NCBI GenBank assembly: GCA_028534125.1
Contig: CM052817.1
Coordinates: 52,454,001 to 52,518,000, forward strand
From: Lama glama
Lineage: Eukaryota
Direction of reading: 5' to 3'
DNA length: 64,000 bases
The notes beneath the pieces were generated by a model. The model was not told the origin of the DNA. It ran no database searches and was given only the letters and a program-made list of their open reading frames with translations. Shown here piece after piece: positions 38,516 through 52,619 of the stretch. Numbering within the stretch: the stretch's first letter is position 1; every line of letters starts with the position of its first letter. Both the position numbers and the translations under genes were made by a program.

Positions 38516-39365
38516 ACATAAACATTTATCTATCGGTATGAATTTGCTATTAATGATATTTATATAGAGTTATTCTTAAGGGTATATTTGCTTTCCTACT
38601 ATCACCATGTTTGTCAAAGATTAACCAAGCCAGCACTTAGAATAAATATATATGGCTCGTTTTTCTGGGTACATACTTTTATGGATAAATTAAACTTCTA
38701 AAGATAAATTGTTCTGATTGTAGTAACAGAAAGGGAAATGGATTAATTTTGTCTTTTCTTTTTATAATATTGAGAAATTTCAGATATGATCTTTACAGAA
38801 AAATGTTTGTTTTGGGAATTATTAGACAAATCTCTTTTCTATTCTTGAAAGATGTACAGACTAATGACATACCTTTATTCTCAGAGATAAAGGCACTGAA
38901 AAAAGATAAGAGAGAAACTTAACCTAGTCCATTCTGAAGTGATTTGTATGTTTAAGTGCACACAGGTCAATGGTAATATTATCTGTGGAATATTTTCCTT
39001 TGAATAGAGTTTAAATAATATCTCCTAGGGTCATTGCCTTAGAACATATTATATATATGAAAATTAGCTTTGGAATGCCTCAAACATAAGAAAATCTCTA
39101 AGTGATCTGCATATTTATGGCCACTGTCTTCCTTTTGTAGGTGGTTACCCAACAAATCCTGCTCCTCCTTTGCTCCTTTAAGCTACTTTTCACTACACCC
39201 TAGGTTACATCACTCTCATTCAATCCAGGCTTAATCTCAAGGTAAGTGTGTAAGAAAGACATTATGGCTTTCCTTCTTTGATGAAAATTCCTGTCCTTAC
39301 ATATAAAGACTAAAAGACTAAGATTTAGTCAAATGATTTTTCACAATCCGTAAGAAACCAGATAA

Positions 39366-39366
<1 letters not shown>

Positions 39367-39392
<26 letters not shown>
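39367..39392. repeat. (CA)13 microsatellite
   Basis: Direct read. Confidence 0.95.
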
Positions 39393-39396
<4 letters not shown>

Positions 39397-40590
39397 CTTG
39401 CTTAATATTGTCAGTTTTTTGTTTTGTTTTGTTTTTAAGATTATCACTCTCAAAAAGGTTAAATTTTTTTGAGTTTTAAAGTAATTCATGTAAGATTAAA
39501 GAAGGTAATTAATATATTTTTGAACACACTTTGCATCAATCAATCAATGGGCATTTAAAAAATATAAAAACACTGTGAGAAAGGTATTGTCTGTCTCACT
39601 TTTCACTTTTACATACAAGAGTAATGTGGGGACTCGGGAAATTTAAGCAAAATGACTGAGACTTTCAAATGTATTTCATAATATTCTCTGATAAATTATA
39701 GTTTTCAAAGGAAGATGGGATTCTAATTCACTTGTAGTATATATTCATTCATACTGCCAACCTCATGAAGTGTTCAGAAGTCTCTACATCCATGGGAGAT
39801 ATTGTAGCAATGTCACTGGTCTGCATGCTGAAAACTTGAGTCCCTATTTCCTATTTTTGACCTCTGCTTTCTGTGTGCTTTTGTTCATATGGGCCACTCT
39901 GCTTGTATTTATATATCATTTCAAGTTTAATACATTTAAAATTTTTCTTCCGGGCTCTTCTAATCTTACTTTTCCTTTGCCTTATGACTTGACATAATAG
40001 AATGCCATCACATCTGCTGTAAGATAAAAGTAGTTAAATAAGAATACATTTAAAGTATATAAGAAGGCTATGCAATTTATAAGCCCAAATTACTCTAAAT
40101 GTTTGTATAGTTAATTCTCACACTACTTTGAATTACTACCTTTCAAACTCTGCCTCACACTGACATATTCACAATATGTGAAGACAGAAGGAAATGGTAC
40201 AAGCTTTCAATTTGTAGGAGAGTTTTAAAATCCATTCGAATGATAAAACTGTATGCATATGACATTCTACAGAAAGAGATCTGGCTACTACCCTATTACT
40301 GATGTCTAAAATTAATAATTTTATGACTTGACATATATCCTTAAATATAGGGATATATTAATATGAGCTATATATTTATAAGTCAAATTATAATTAGCAA
40401 AAAATATACACAATCACTAAATTTTCCATATTGAATAGAAATAATTACATTTATAAATAGTAAGATGAATTTAATGGAGAACTGAGATAAAACTTTTGTG
40501 CTATAGTAGTCATCTTGGATAAAATATATTGGAGTTGAAGACTCATTATTTAATGTTACCTTGTGAAGAATAAGAAAATATCCTTTACAT

Positions 40591-40616
40591 ACACACACAC
40601 ACACACACACACACAC
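40591..40616. repeat. (AC)13 microsatellite
   Basis: Direct read. Confidence 0.95.
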
Positions 40617-41299
40617 GCACTATACATATATGTTTTTAATTGATAAGTAATGTACTATTCTCAGAAGTTAAAGTAGTCAAAGGGAAAGGTGAACATGATC
40701 AAAGGAAAAGAGTTATAACATGTCATTTAAGGTATCAGGAAGCCAGAAAGTAGGAATTTCCAGCAACTATAATTCTCACCCTGTTTCTTTCCTGCACTTA
40801 AAATATACCACCACATATGTGGCAAATAACACACTCAGAAAAGAAAAACAAGACTAACCTGGATAGAATTCTCTAAGGGATACACAAGATACCTGTTTAT
40901 TTTTGTCCAATGTAAAGTACTAGGAACTTGACTGCTATTGTCATGGAGATCCTCTCAGTATAATTATCATAATACCTGGAATAGTCTTTCATTCAGGACA
41001 AGATATAAGATTAAATAATAAATTTATAATAACTGAAGGCATTCTAATGTTTAAATTAAGAGGTACAATTTATCAAAAATGTACAATTTAATCTCGTAAC
41101 ATATGTGCGTTCAACAAAGCTGAATTTGTCTCAGCTATAAAAATAACAATATTAGGCAACATTCATTGAGTAAACGCTATACATAAATGTTACCTTAAAG
41201 AAAAACAAACTAAAGTGCTTCACTTAGTATTTGGGATAAAGTGAGCACTCAAAAATATTTAGGTAATATACCCCTATTTTCCAGCTTTAACAAATAGTC

Positions 41300-41730
41300 G
41301 GTGTTTCACCCATGTGGCCTCAGTTCCATTCATGTGCTTATCTCCCACCTTCTGATTTCTAATGGCCTGTATCTGAGACCTTCTTCAGAGGACTACCCTG
41401 GGGCTACTGGAGCTCCTGGCCAAGTGCTATGGTGCTAGGAGTCTACATTTCACTGGTGATATAGTCAGTGTCGAACTGGTAGACAGAGTAGGGAAGCCCA
41501 GCTCCATTGCTTCAAGTGAGACTACCACTGAGGTTCAGTGTACACTCCACAGCTACCTATGTGATCACTTTGAGGTTGGGTTCTTGCCTCAAAGTACATT
41601 CTTACTTAGCTTCATGTTCTCTGTTTCTGTTCCCCAATTCCCTCATGATATTCTCCTGGGTGCACTTCCTCAATATATCACTTACATTCTAATTCTCTAC
41701 TGGTTCTCCTGGAAAACCAGACCTAAGGAA
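41300..41730 (+). mobile_element. ERVL LTR16-like solo LTR
   Basis: gggaagccccagctcc...tcaagtgagactaccactgagg...ttctcctgggtgcacttcctcaatatatcactt...ggaaaaccagacctaag. Confidence 0.65.
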
Positions 41731-42377
41731 ACTAAATACAGAAAACTTAAGTGATTCACTACAGTCATATATTAATGGGCCAAGATGAATCCAGGTTCTT
41801 CATCACTTCACTAACAATTAATAATATTTTGTAGAACTTTAACAATATATTGTGGAATTAACTACATATGAGAAGTAACAAATTGAGACTAAAAAGTGAA
41901 AAATAGGTCTAACTTGGATTAATGTCTAAAGAAGCAAACTATTTTGATGGTAACATGAATGAAAATGATCTATGTTAATATAAAAAATGATTACTTTAGG
42001 TGACAGCAGATCAAACATTATTCACCACTGTTTCCTGAGAAACATCTTATGATTTGAAATAGTAACTGTGCATGTAAAGTCAGTCCTTTTTTATTTGCTT
42101 GCTCTATTTTTGCCCACAGAAATTCAAGATTGTTAGGCTTTATTTCAAGGTTTTCTTCTGATTATTTTACTTGATTTTAAAAAACTTTCTAATTTTATTG
42201 TCTTTCTGTCCTTATGATTTTCACTTACACAGATATTTTCAGTATTTTGGTTTTCATTCTCTTAATTACAGTTTGTATACATAAATAAATATTATTGAAA
42301 ATATATTTAATCACATAGGAAACATCAATGATTTGTTAACTTTTTTTGTGTTACAGCATATTTTATATATATTGTAG

Positions 42378-44601
42378 TAGAAGGGTAAGCAAACTGTGGT
42401 TCATGGACCAAAAATAGATAGTTGACTATTTTTGTATGGTAAATGAACTAAAATTTAAAAAAAGTAATAAATGGTTGAAAAAAGAATAATAAAACAACAT
42501 ATCATAGAAATGAACAGTACAGGAAATTAAAATTCCAATTTCCAGAATGTTTTATTGCAACACAGTCACATTCACTCATTTGCATATTTTACATGACTGG
42601 TTTAGTCCCACAATGGTAGAGCTGAGTACTTGTGAAAGAAATAAATTGCAATGATATAGTCATAACTCAACAGAATTTCTATTTTATTTTTATTACCAAA
42701 GCATACCCATCATGTCAAAATAGGAATATAAAAATGGACTTTCACTGTCACACTATTAAGAACAGGGAATTATAGATTATTTTGTTATAAAATTGTATGA
42801 CAAAGTATTGTGTTTATCATATAATGAAACTGGACACTATAGCACTCATCACAATGTCTCCAGATTATTGGGAAACAAAAAAATTTTAAATAGAATATTT
42901 CATCATATCAGAATTTCTTCACAAAACATTTTAAAAATGAAAGTAAAAGCTTAGAACAAAGCAAGTTTCTGACAGGGTCATTTTTGCTAAAGGGAAAATG
43001 TTTGCTGATGATGAGTTCCTTGAATGGTATTGCAGTAGCCAGAGAAATATGTCCAAAAATATATATACTTGTTTAAGACTATTAGCCTTTTGGTGAGAAC
43101 AGTTGCTTTGAAGGACTGAAGACATTAGGAGCAACATTAATTAATATTCACTTATCGAACAAAGCAAGTGACTTCAAGCACTGTCCTTCACCTCTTGTTG
43201 AGTGGACATGTGGTACTTGCACTGCTAAATTGTTGTTTATTTGAAGAGTCAATGCCCAGTTTGAAGTGACAGAAGAATTAGCCTCTACAAAATATTCTGC
43301 ATGGAACGACTACAGTTGAGAATATTTTCAAAGATATTGAGAAAACAGTAATGCAATATAACTTCAAGTGGAATCTGCTATGAAGTGCTATAGCTGATTG
43401 TGGGGGAAATATGTGTGGAGTACAAAAAGGTATATTTGAACAAATTCTCAAGGTTTTTGAAAATGCACGGTGTTTATACCTTATGGTTATTCCTTCATTA
43501 ATCTTGGATAGATACTCTGTGAAAAATATTTGAACCTATTGTCTCACTGAGTGTCAGTGATGAACTTCACTTGCTTTCAGGGATTTAAAACTCATTAATT
43601 CCATGATTTTTTTTTCAGAAATAGAAGCAAGATAATCTTAGTCAATTTACAATACAGAAAACTTATGGTTTGAAATCATAACATTTTATTGTGATTGTAT
43701 TAGTTGAGAGTAGAGTTGTTTTTGTTTTCTTGGAAGAGAATGACCCTCAACCACTAATGGTGTATATTAAGTGGCTTTGGAAACTAGATTTTTCTGATAA
43801 TATTTCTTAATGAATTTATACTAAACGTGCAAAGCAAAAAAGTACTTATATGTGAAACTAACACTGTAGTAGAGTTATCTGGACTACTCATTTGTCTAGA
43901 ATTAGAGGTAACGTCAAGTTGCTTTATGTAATTTCCATGTTCTCAAAGTTAAAACAAAAAGCAAGATCCCCACCTTCCAATAAGTTTGAAACATATGTAT
44001 TTTGTGAACTCACAACTGTTCTAGCAGCATTTTTTGGAACTCAATACAAGTCCAAAGGAAATGTTCAGATTTCAAAAAAAAACTTCACTGTGCAATTAAG
44101 GAGCTTCTACAAAACCTTCATTTGGAAATAATTAATCTTCAATCGTAAGACAGACCAAGAGAGAAATTTTAAGAGAAGTAAAATCTATAACATTCTATAA
44201 ATGTCTCACAACAAATTATATGCTTATGGATTGATAACAGTATTTGTAAGTGCCTGTCTGTGTAGAAAGACATTTTAAAGATGAAATATGTAAAACTAAT
44301 TACATGTCAGCTTTACAGATGAATATTTACAATCAATTTTGATGATAGAGAACATTCACTTTGAATCCCAATTAAGTAAAATATCATCCCTCCAAAAGTC
44401 TATTATTTCTATTATTATACTTGTATTTTAAAATACCTTCTTATTAATGTTATTGTTTCAAAAATAACAAAAACTTTGTGGAAATGTTTTCTCTCTGGTT
44501 ATAAAAGTACCTACATCATAGCCTCAATTTTGCCTTTTGTCTTGAAAAGCCTAAAATATTTACTATCAAGCACTTTACAGAAAATATTTGTAAATGATGT
44601 G
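42378..44601 (+). mobile_element. Near full-length hAT-Charlie DNA transposon (Cheshire/MER58-type) with fossil transposase
   Basis: MER58-like left end (gggtaagcaaactgtggttcatggaccaaa) and right end (aagcctaaaatatttactatcaagcactttacagaaaatatttg). Internal peptide patches after ATG at 42712: LFKTISLLVRTVA, TAKLLFI*RVNAQFEVTEELAS, LHGTTTVENIFKDIEK...ADCGGNMCGVQKG, resembling hAT Buster/GTF2IRD2-type transposase. Confidence 0.85.
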
Positions 44602-44949
44602 ATTTTGTTTAAGAAGATATTTAATTCAAAACCATAAAAATACACCATATGTTTATATCAGCAATCACTTTATGAAACTAACAGGCTATATTACTGCACA
44701 TGTTTATATTAATAATGATAACTACATTCATGTTTTTGGATCTATTCCTAAACATTAAATTTATATATTCATATCTGTATTTTAGAAATATGCCAATGTC
44801 ATCAAATTAGAAAAAAAAATCTCTAAAGTTGTAATTTTGCAGCCTTCTGGTCATATAATTATTTCATTAAATGATTCTTGGATTCTTGGCAAAAGTGTAT
44901 TTTAAAAAACTAATAAAATAGTCTAGACATTTTGAAATCAGGCACTACC

Positions 44950-45120
44950 ATTTTCTTTCTTACCATTTTCTTAATTCTCTCCCCTTGCCTTCCTTTTTCT
45001 TCTTTTCCTTTTCCTTTGCTTCCCCTAACTTATCTTCTATTCAGTTTTCTTTTCTTTCTTCTCCCTTCCCCTTGTCTGGCATTGTTTATTCCTCTGCTCT
45101 CCCTTTTTGCATCTCTCCAC
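44950..45120. repeat. Pyrimidine-rich low-complexity tract
   Basis: Predominantly C/T on the plus strand. Confidence 0.7.
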
Positions 45121-45268
45121 AAAAGCTTCCTTAAAGTCCACTTAATTTTTACCTGGCCTTTTTGTATCAGTATTACATCCATATAGGAACTGTCTGTAAA
45201 ATTTCACTGGTGCAATCTTTACTTTGTCTTTTGAATTACTGGCAACATTTCTAAATCTAGTGTATCAA

Positions 45269-45294
45269 CACACACACACACACACACACACACA
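45269..45294. repeat. (CA)13 microsatellite with degenerate extension
   Basis: Direct read. Confidence 0.95.
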
Positions 45295-45846
45295 AGCACA
45301 CACATACACACGCATATCCCCCAAAACAAAGCAAACACTACACAAATACTTCCAGTTGTCACCAAAAAAAAATTGGCTCAAAGTATTAGATTTTATGTTA
45401 TATATACTATAAATTCCTCTCAGCTTTTACATTAATAAAATGTGTTCATTTTAATGTCCTCACCTTTGTTTCTAAAACCTGACATTTTCCCCTAAGAATT
45501 TTTTATCCTGAATGCCTCATACTCTCCCAAATTCTTGACCTTGTGCTTTAAATCCTGATTTAGCACCAAAATTTGGCTACATGACTTTTCCAGATCACCT
45601 AATAAAGTAGTGGCTTCCATGGATCAGTCAACAATGTGGACAAACCTTGAGACATATTTGCATACACTTAGAATAGCCTTCCAATTCCTGTCTGTCCTCA
45701 CCACAGTCCATCTTTCATAATGTTGCTAGTCTAATCACTCAAAACCATATTTTCAATCATATTACCAATTGGGAAACTATTCATTCAATAGTTTTTTTTC
45801 CCCTACTGAATAAAATGAAAACTCAGTCTCAAAACCAATTATACAT

Positions 45847-46598
45847 CAGTGTTTTCCAAAATTTGTTATCAGAATACTAGCTCTACCAGACATTAAAAGT
45901 GATACAGAAAAACAATTTAAGAAATTGTGTGTGTTGGTCATTTAAACTTCAGAAACTCTAAATTTAACAAGTTTAACCTATTTATTTCCTGTAAGACTTC
46001 TTAAAGATTTTAATAGGGCAATGTATGTATTGTATCCTCAAAGGAAATATAGTATCCAAAAATTTCCAAACAGATATAACATTCACCTTAATTCTAACAA
46101 TGGAATCCTGATACCAGTTATGCAGAACTAGCTTTACCTCAATTTTAAACCATGTGTTTAGCTAATGTTAAATTAGCCCTTGGCTCCGTAAATGGCATGT
46201 GTTAAGTGTCATGTTCCTTTAGCCAGTTATTTCATTTAGACAATGCCACATGATGTTATTGAAGCCATTAAGAGCTAGTATAGAGATTTCTGTTGGAGCA
46301 ACCTGGGCATGATATTCTTTTCATTGGACTTGAAAGTAGGAGGATCTATGTCTGGAATTGCTGGAAGCTACCTTGTTATAACATGGAAACTGAAAATAAA
46401 GCCACGTGGAGGAGAGAAGAGACACTGATTGCTAGTGATGTCATTTGAGTTTACTGGTCAGATTATCATAAAAGTGGGTTTAACTGCAGATTGTTTTTAT
46501 ATCCCCTTTTAAATTAAGTCACTTAGGACTGAGTTGCCTGTTGCTTAAAAATAAGAGAGTCTGAACTGGCATACTCTAGAAACTACTTTTTGAAATGG
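45847..46598. mobile_element. MER103-like hAT element split by an old MLT1 LTR (~46135-46570)
   Basis: cagtgttttccaaaatttg...agacttcttaaagattttaatagggcaatgt...tatagtatccaaaaatttccaaac; terminus after the LTR tctagaaactactttttgaaatg. LTR motifs ctggaattgctggaagctaccttg and tgttgcttaaaaataagagagtctgaactggca. Confidence 0.5.
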
Positions 46599-49500
46599 GT
46601 ATCAAGAATTTCTCCAAATTCATCTTAAGAAATATTATAATAAATGCCATGGCTCTAAACTGCACTTTCAGTTTATCTTTAATTACTCATCTTCTGAAAT
46701 GTAGTTATGGCCCTGTTATTTATGGAATTTTTTGGCAAATCTTTTAATCTCTCCTAAGTGAGTTTCTTATTCATTTTCATTTCAATTTCACTTTCATTTC
46801 CCTCCTCCCCTCTAAGGGGTTGTTTGTAGGGTTGATGTGCGTATGCTTTATATTGACTCTCAATTTTAGAACTCTCTGTTCCTTTAAACTTTATTTACTT
46901 CTGTCTCCTGCCTAAGCCTTGTGTTTCATCAGCACACATTTCCACATTCCAAAATAACCATTATATTACTTAAGAACTATTTCAAGTCTGAACATCTTGA
47001 AAGTCTTCAAATAAAATACTGCCATAGTGCTCATTCCTTATTCTGTGCATTTAAGCAATTATTGATTGTAATTGTCGATTGTAATTGCCAATTTTAAAGT
47101 AATGAGATACTATAATGTGCCACCCATTCTTTGTTTTGAGACTTGTTTTTGGCACTTCTATTTCTTTTTTCACTTTCTTTAAACACCTAGATTCTAGATT
47201 CTTTGCAATTTATATTCCTTTAGATTAGGGACAGGTCCAATCATATTAATCATACAAATATTTGTTGGATTTGAATTAATAGAAATAAATGAGGGACAGA
47301 GACTATATGTTCTTTCTTGGTTATAGTCTTTGTGAGTAAAATTAAGAATTTTAGATAGAATTTACAATACATTGAAGCAAGCAGAACTGCAGATTATGTT
47401 CATGTTCATGCTAAAATGACCACAATTAAAAGTAAACTTGAATTTTAGTTTTTAGTATTTGTATAATTATTTGGTAGTTGGTTACTTATAAAATAGCCCT
47501 CTAAGTGTAAACTATTTTGTAAGATTATTTCTATCAATTTTGCTCTCAACAGCCATCTGCCTGATCTATGCAAAAATATTCTGCTAACTAAAAATCATAA
47601 GAATTTTAGGTTTTAATCACATTGGTTGGTAAGCAAATACAAATTTCAGGTTGTATTATATTTTTAAATGTTTACACTGTTTGCTTTTTCTTATAGTAAT
47701 ATTATAATAGCTACAAAATGATAAAAAGTGCAACAATAAGCTGACAAATAATATGTTTCCATAAACTATCTTATTTCCTAAAGATTTACCAGAACCATGA
47801 ATTGAATCAACAAAAGCAAAGCAATGTCACTTATTGTTACTTGGGCCAATTTAAACTAAAAAAAAGAAAAAAATTATATATTTTCTCTAAGTAGAATAAT
47901 ACTTCGTAAGTACTAATTTAAGCACTTACAACCAAAATGAGTAATAATATTCTTGAAAATAAAAATTTATAAATTCTGTGTAATTTATAATAAGCTTACC
48001 TTGAATAATAATCACAATCCAAAATATACCGTGCGTAATTTCGTTTAAAATATAAATATAATACAGTGCAAATATATGTTCATATACCTGCATATATACA
48101 AAATATATAATATGAAATAAATATATATTACATCTTATATGCATATTTATATAACATAAACCACATCATATCTCTGTGCTGAATGGCTTGTTCTATTACG
48201 ACTGGAAATAATCTTTACTAAACCCCTTCGGTAAATGGTACTTAATCGAATGGTACTCAAGAAAACAAATGTTTAAAATTATTAGCAAAAAGAATAGAGA
48301 GAAAAAAACACATTTTGTTATCATATTTACCCTATATTATAGTCTTAAAATATATCTTTAAATACTGACAGCTACTTTTCACAGTAATAAAGTTTTCTAT
48401 TAAGTGTATGACGACATCAACAAATGCTGACATTTTTCCACATTTGCATTTTTGCACTATGTGGTGAATAATAAATTTAAAAGAATTATTTGCAAGTCTC
48501 CTTCCATTAAAATTAATAAAACCTAAATTTATGTAGATGATTCATAGAGGGCACATAATTATGCTGTCCTTAAATAATCGCCTCAGCCAAAGGAAAGGAC
48601 ATTCATCCTCTGCCTCCTGAGCCATGTTTAGAGCCTTGGTGTCACTTTTCATAAACTATATATTGAGCAATCACACGATCATGAGCTAATTGTTTCTATA
48701 CTAAGAAGCACATACTTAATCCTTGAACTCAGGCATTACTATTTGTACACTACTGAGCCAAAAGACTGCCTCAAGAAACGAATATGCAATGAGCTCCATA
48801 TTCTAACTAATTTTACAAATTTGTATACAGCTACAAGGAAAAATCTTTACATATATATAGACGACAGTTAGTTTACTAGGTGTTTTAAGTCTTCTGAAAT
48901 AAACAAAAAATAGTTTAGGCTGGCATTAGAGATGCAACTGTGAATAAAGAAAATATATTAATCAGAGAATTGCACAGCATGATGAACAACTGAATACAAC
49001 TTTTTATCCCAAAGCCTAATTTCATACCTAATCTCAAAACGTCAGCTTAGATCATTAAAAACACTGAAAACAAATTTCTTTAAATTATTACAGTGTTTTC
49101 ATATGCAAAATAATATATAAAACTAATATTGAAGTTTATTTTTAAATATCCTGAATTAACATAGGAAATGGCATATCTTGCAACTTAAATTTAAAAAATG
49201 GTTCATAATTTATAGAAGAAAATGCATGAAGAGTCTATAATTTTTCAGGACTATTAAAAATTATCTATGCTAGAAATTTTTAACAGTTATTTTGCCAAGT
49301 AGATAGAGCATATCAATAGAAACTAAAGTATTTTTTCTCTGTTTTAATTTTATAACTGTTCTCCTTTATTCTCTGCCCTTTGTCAATACCTATCACATAA
49401 TAAACATTTTTGTCTTCTAGCAAAGGCAGTATTTATTAAATGGCTTTTGTAAAGGTTGTCTCTTGTTATGTTGGAAATAGATAGCTATTTGTAATCCCAA

Positions 49501-50290
49501 AGCTCAGCAATAACATTAATTCTAAACTAAAGGTTGAAGCCATAAATTTTTGCAATATCCCCTGCAGGAAGAATTTTGCAACCAACAAAACAAAAACAGT
49601 AATGCTATTTCATGACTTTTTGTTTTATTATTGAAATAATCCACCATAATACATGGTTCATACAGGAAAATACGGTGTTAGCTTGTTATATTTCTTTATA
49701 AGCTAATGTACAATTGCTATCATAATGGTATGAACCATGATTTTCATATACACACTCCAAAAACTATTTCTGAAATAGTACATTATTTCAGAATTCATCA
49801 TTTGACATTCTGTTAATAATCTCTCATTTAACAGACTGAAATCAAGGCAACCCTTTAATGTAAATTAGACTTAGAGAAAGTTTCATAATATATAAATAGA
49901 AATCAATTTATACTCATTATTATAGTCCAACCTAATAGGACTGTCTTAGTTTTGATACTCTCCACAATGTTATTAATATGTTCAGCTACTGAGAAATACT
50001 TACCTAAATTGGGAAGAAACTCATTTACAACTTCTGTGATTATTACTATCTCATGACCTTTGCCAATTTTGCCAATATTAAAAAAAGGTATGGGTAAAGT
50101 TGTTAAACATGACATATAATATCAGTTGATTACCATATCAGGTCTTATGATTTTCCTTGACATTTAGGATCATGTGGCATTGCAGTTTTCCAAGGATAAA
50201 ATGCAGAATTTTATGGAGTTTGCACTCTAAAATATGTTGTTCCATTAGCATGTTTTTGCTTACATATGTGTTTAGATAACACTTTAAATA

Positions 50291-50790
50291 TGTGGCAAGA
50301 TTGTTTGAAATACATTATTTTAAATGTCAAAAATTCTTTGACATTCTACCTATCAAGTGGGGTCTGTGTCCCCTCTCCTTATCTATAACTGCTTTCTGCA
50401 ATAGAATACTAGTAATACTTTGTGACTTCTAAGACTGAGTCATAAAAGACTTTGCCCCCTCTGTACTGTTCTGTCTTGTTCTCTTGAATCCTTGAGCCAC
50501 CATACAAGAAGTCCAGCTACTCTGAAGCTTCCCTGGTATGAGGATGCCCAAGCCTCAGGGATACATGAAGAAGCCATGTGTAGCCACTCTGGTTGACTCA
50601 GCTGAGCTCAGATTTTGGTTTGTCACACTCAGGCACCACATATATGAGTGAAGAAGAGGCCAGATTGTTTCAGCCTCCAGTCATTTTAGTTATGTTCAGT
50701 AATTTAAGTCTCCCAGTTGTGGCACCAGGGCAGAGGAGGACAAGTCATTTCCATCCAAATTCCTGACGTATATTATGTGAGTACTTTGTA
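50291..50790 (+). mobile_element. MaLR LTR (MLT1G/H-like)
   Basis: aattctttgacattctacctatcaagtggggtctgtgtccctctcctt...gtgacttctaagactgagtcataaaag...gagccaccatacaagaagtccagctactctgaag...ccaaattcctgac. Confidence 0.7.
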
Positions 50791-51009
50791 AAAAATAGCT
50801 GGTCAGATTTGCCCATTAAATATCTGGTAACTCAAGTATTTGAAATTGTTTAATACTACATGGATCTGTGGTAAACAATATTTAAGAAAGTTCTAAGTTC
50901 TGTTTCTTAGCATTAAAGTTTTATAACCAAATAATATACAGTGTAACTCTAGTTTTAGAGCAAAACATATAAGCTCTTATTTCTATTGTAAAGTGAAGAG
51001 GTTTTGATG

Positions 51010-51480
51010 ACAGAGCCTCTGAAAACAGACAGTAGATGTACGGTGGCTAGACTGTGGGAGTTCAGACACTTATTTTACATAGTACTGAGGCACGTGAAAC
51101 TATGTGTCCTTGTTAAACAAGAAAAGTTTAGAATGTTGTTTGACAATTCTAGTGTCAACTGACAATAGGGGAAGAGTGGAAATGTAGGTAGGCAATGTCA
51201 CAGTAAGTCAGATCTCTATATTGTTTCAGAAAGGAAATAAAGAATGTCTAAAATCAATAAATCAATAAATAGAACTAGTTACATTTTCTAATAGACATAA
51301 TTCCTTTCAAATAATGTAAAGCATATCCAGTTAATAGGAACTGTCCTGTGAAAAACAAGAAAAAGTCTCGATCAGGATGGGACAGAGGACTTGTTTTGTT
51401 GTTAATTTTTCTATATAATATATGAATTTTTATTCATGTGCATGCATTTTCTTGATAAATATTTGTAATTGTTAATTGCA
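51010..51480 (+). mobile_element. Ancient L1ME/L1MC5-like 3'UTR fragment
   Basis: aggaaataaagaatgtctaaaatcaataaatcaataaatagaac...tttttattcatgtgcatgcattttcttgataaa. Confidence 0.45.
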
Positions 51481-52619
51481 AAATGTATTTAACTCGTTGA
51501 TTTTTGAAGGACAAATGGAGGGTAACTTAAGGTATGATGGTAAAAGTGCAAGTACAGTGCAAGAAGAATTACAAGGATCTAACAGTGGACATAGAAACTA
51601 ATTATATAGAGGCTAGGTAGATGAGAGACTATGAAATAGGAGACTGGAATAAAGAGAGACTCTGTAACTGAAATCCAGCCAGAGTCAAGGAGGGGCAAAA
51701 AATAATAAACTCACTGGAGGAAACGAAGGAGGATATATGGTAAAGATTATTTGGTCACAGGTGTTTGAAGGAAGGGTAAGCATTGTGTACATTAATATGG
51801 CAGATATCTCTTTAGTACTGATTGCTAAAAAATGAGGTATGCTTTTTGAAACAAAGAGAAAATGTATTAACATTCTTCAAGATAGTATGATTGTATCCCT
51901 AGAAAAGCTAGCAGGAGAAATAAAACTTATTAGAACTAATGAAAAAATTCAGTTCAAACTGCAAAGAAAAAGAAAAGCATATTTCCTATCTTTTGATTTA
52001 TCATTAAACAACCTTAAAATAATATATTCATTGGAAAAGGACATTAAATCTATATACCAAATTAATAATAGTAGTTATCTCCATGTGTTAGGAGCAATGA
52101 TACTGTGATTTTTTTCTTTACTTTTCTTACATGTTTTCTACATAGAACAGGAATTTCTTCTTTAAAAAGATGATTTATGTGATTTCTGTACGATATTATA
52201 GAAGAAAAATATACAATGGTATTATATAAAAAGAAAATATTGAGAAAGAAGTGGAAATAATTAAATTAGTGGCAATCTGAGAAGAGAAGAACAAATTAAG
52301 AAGAGAGCTATGTGGGTCAGAAGAGGATATTAAAATTATAAAAGCATAGAAAGCAAAAGCACAGATGATTAACAAAATGAGAAGTAAATTATACACGTCT
52401 CCTTATGAAATAAAAACTAAGCTGATGGTGTCAAAGTATTTTCTGTAACAATATGAAATAACTATAAACAGTTAATAAACTATAGACTTATACCACAAAT
52501 ATACCATGTGTTATATACCACAAATAAATATTTTTTCCTGAAGAAAAAGTAATTTTCCTTAATAAATTTTCTCGATTTTTTTCTGTTATAAAACCATAGT
52601 ATAATGAAAAATAATCACA

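Noticed and set aside
44932..45186. 84-aa signal-peptide/TM-like ORF
   Set aside because: Produced by a C/T low-complexity tract; starts at TTG.
49765..49795. Nested short inverted repeats (ctatttc-t-gaaatag / tatttcagaa)
   Set aside because: Short AT-rich palindromes are expected by chance; too small for a miRNA or MITE.
49903..50230. Minus-strand ORF and exon-like unit ending at TTAG|gtaagt (~50003)
   Set aside because: From the nearest plausible acceptor (~50227) all frames hit stops, and the peptide resembles nothing I recognise.
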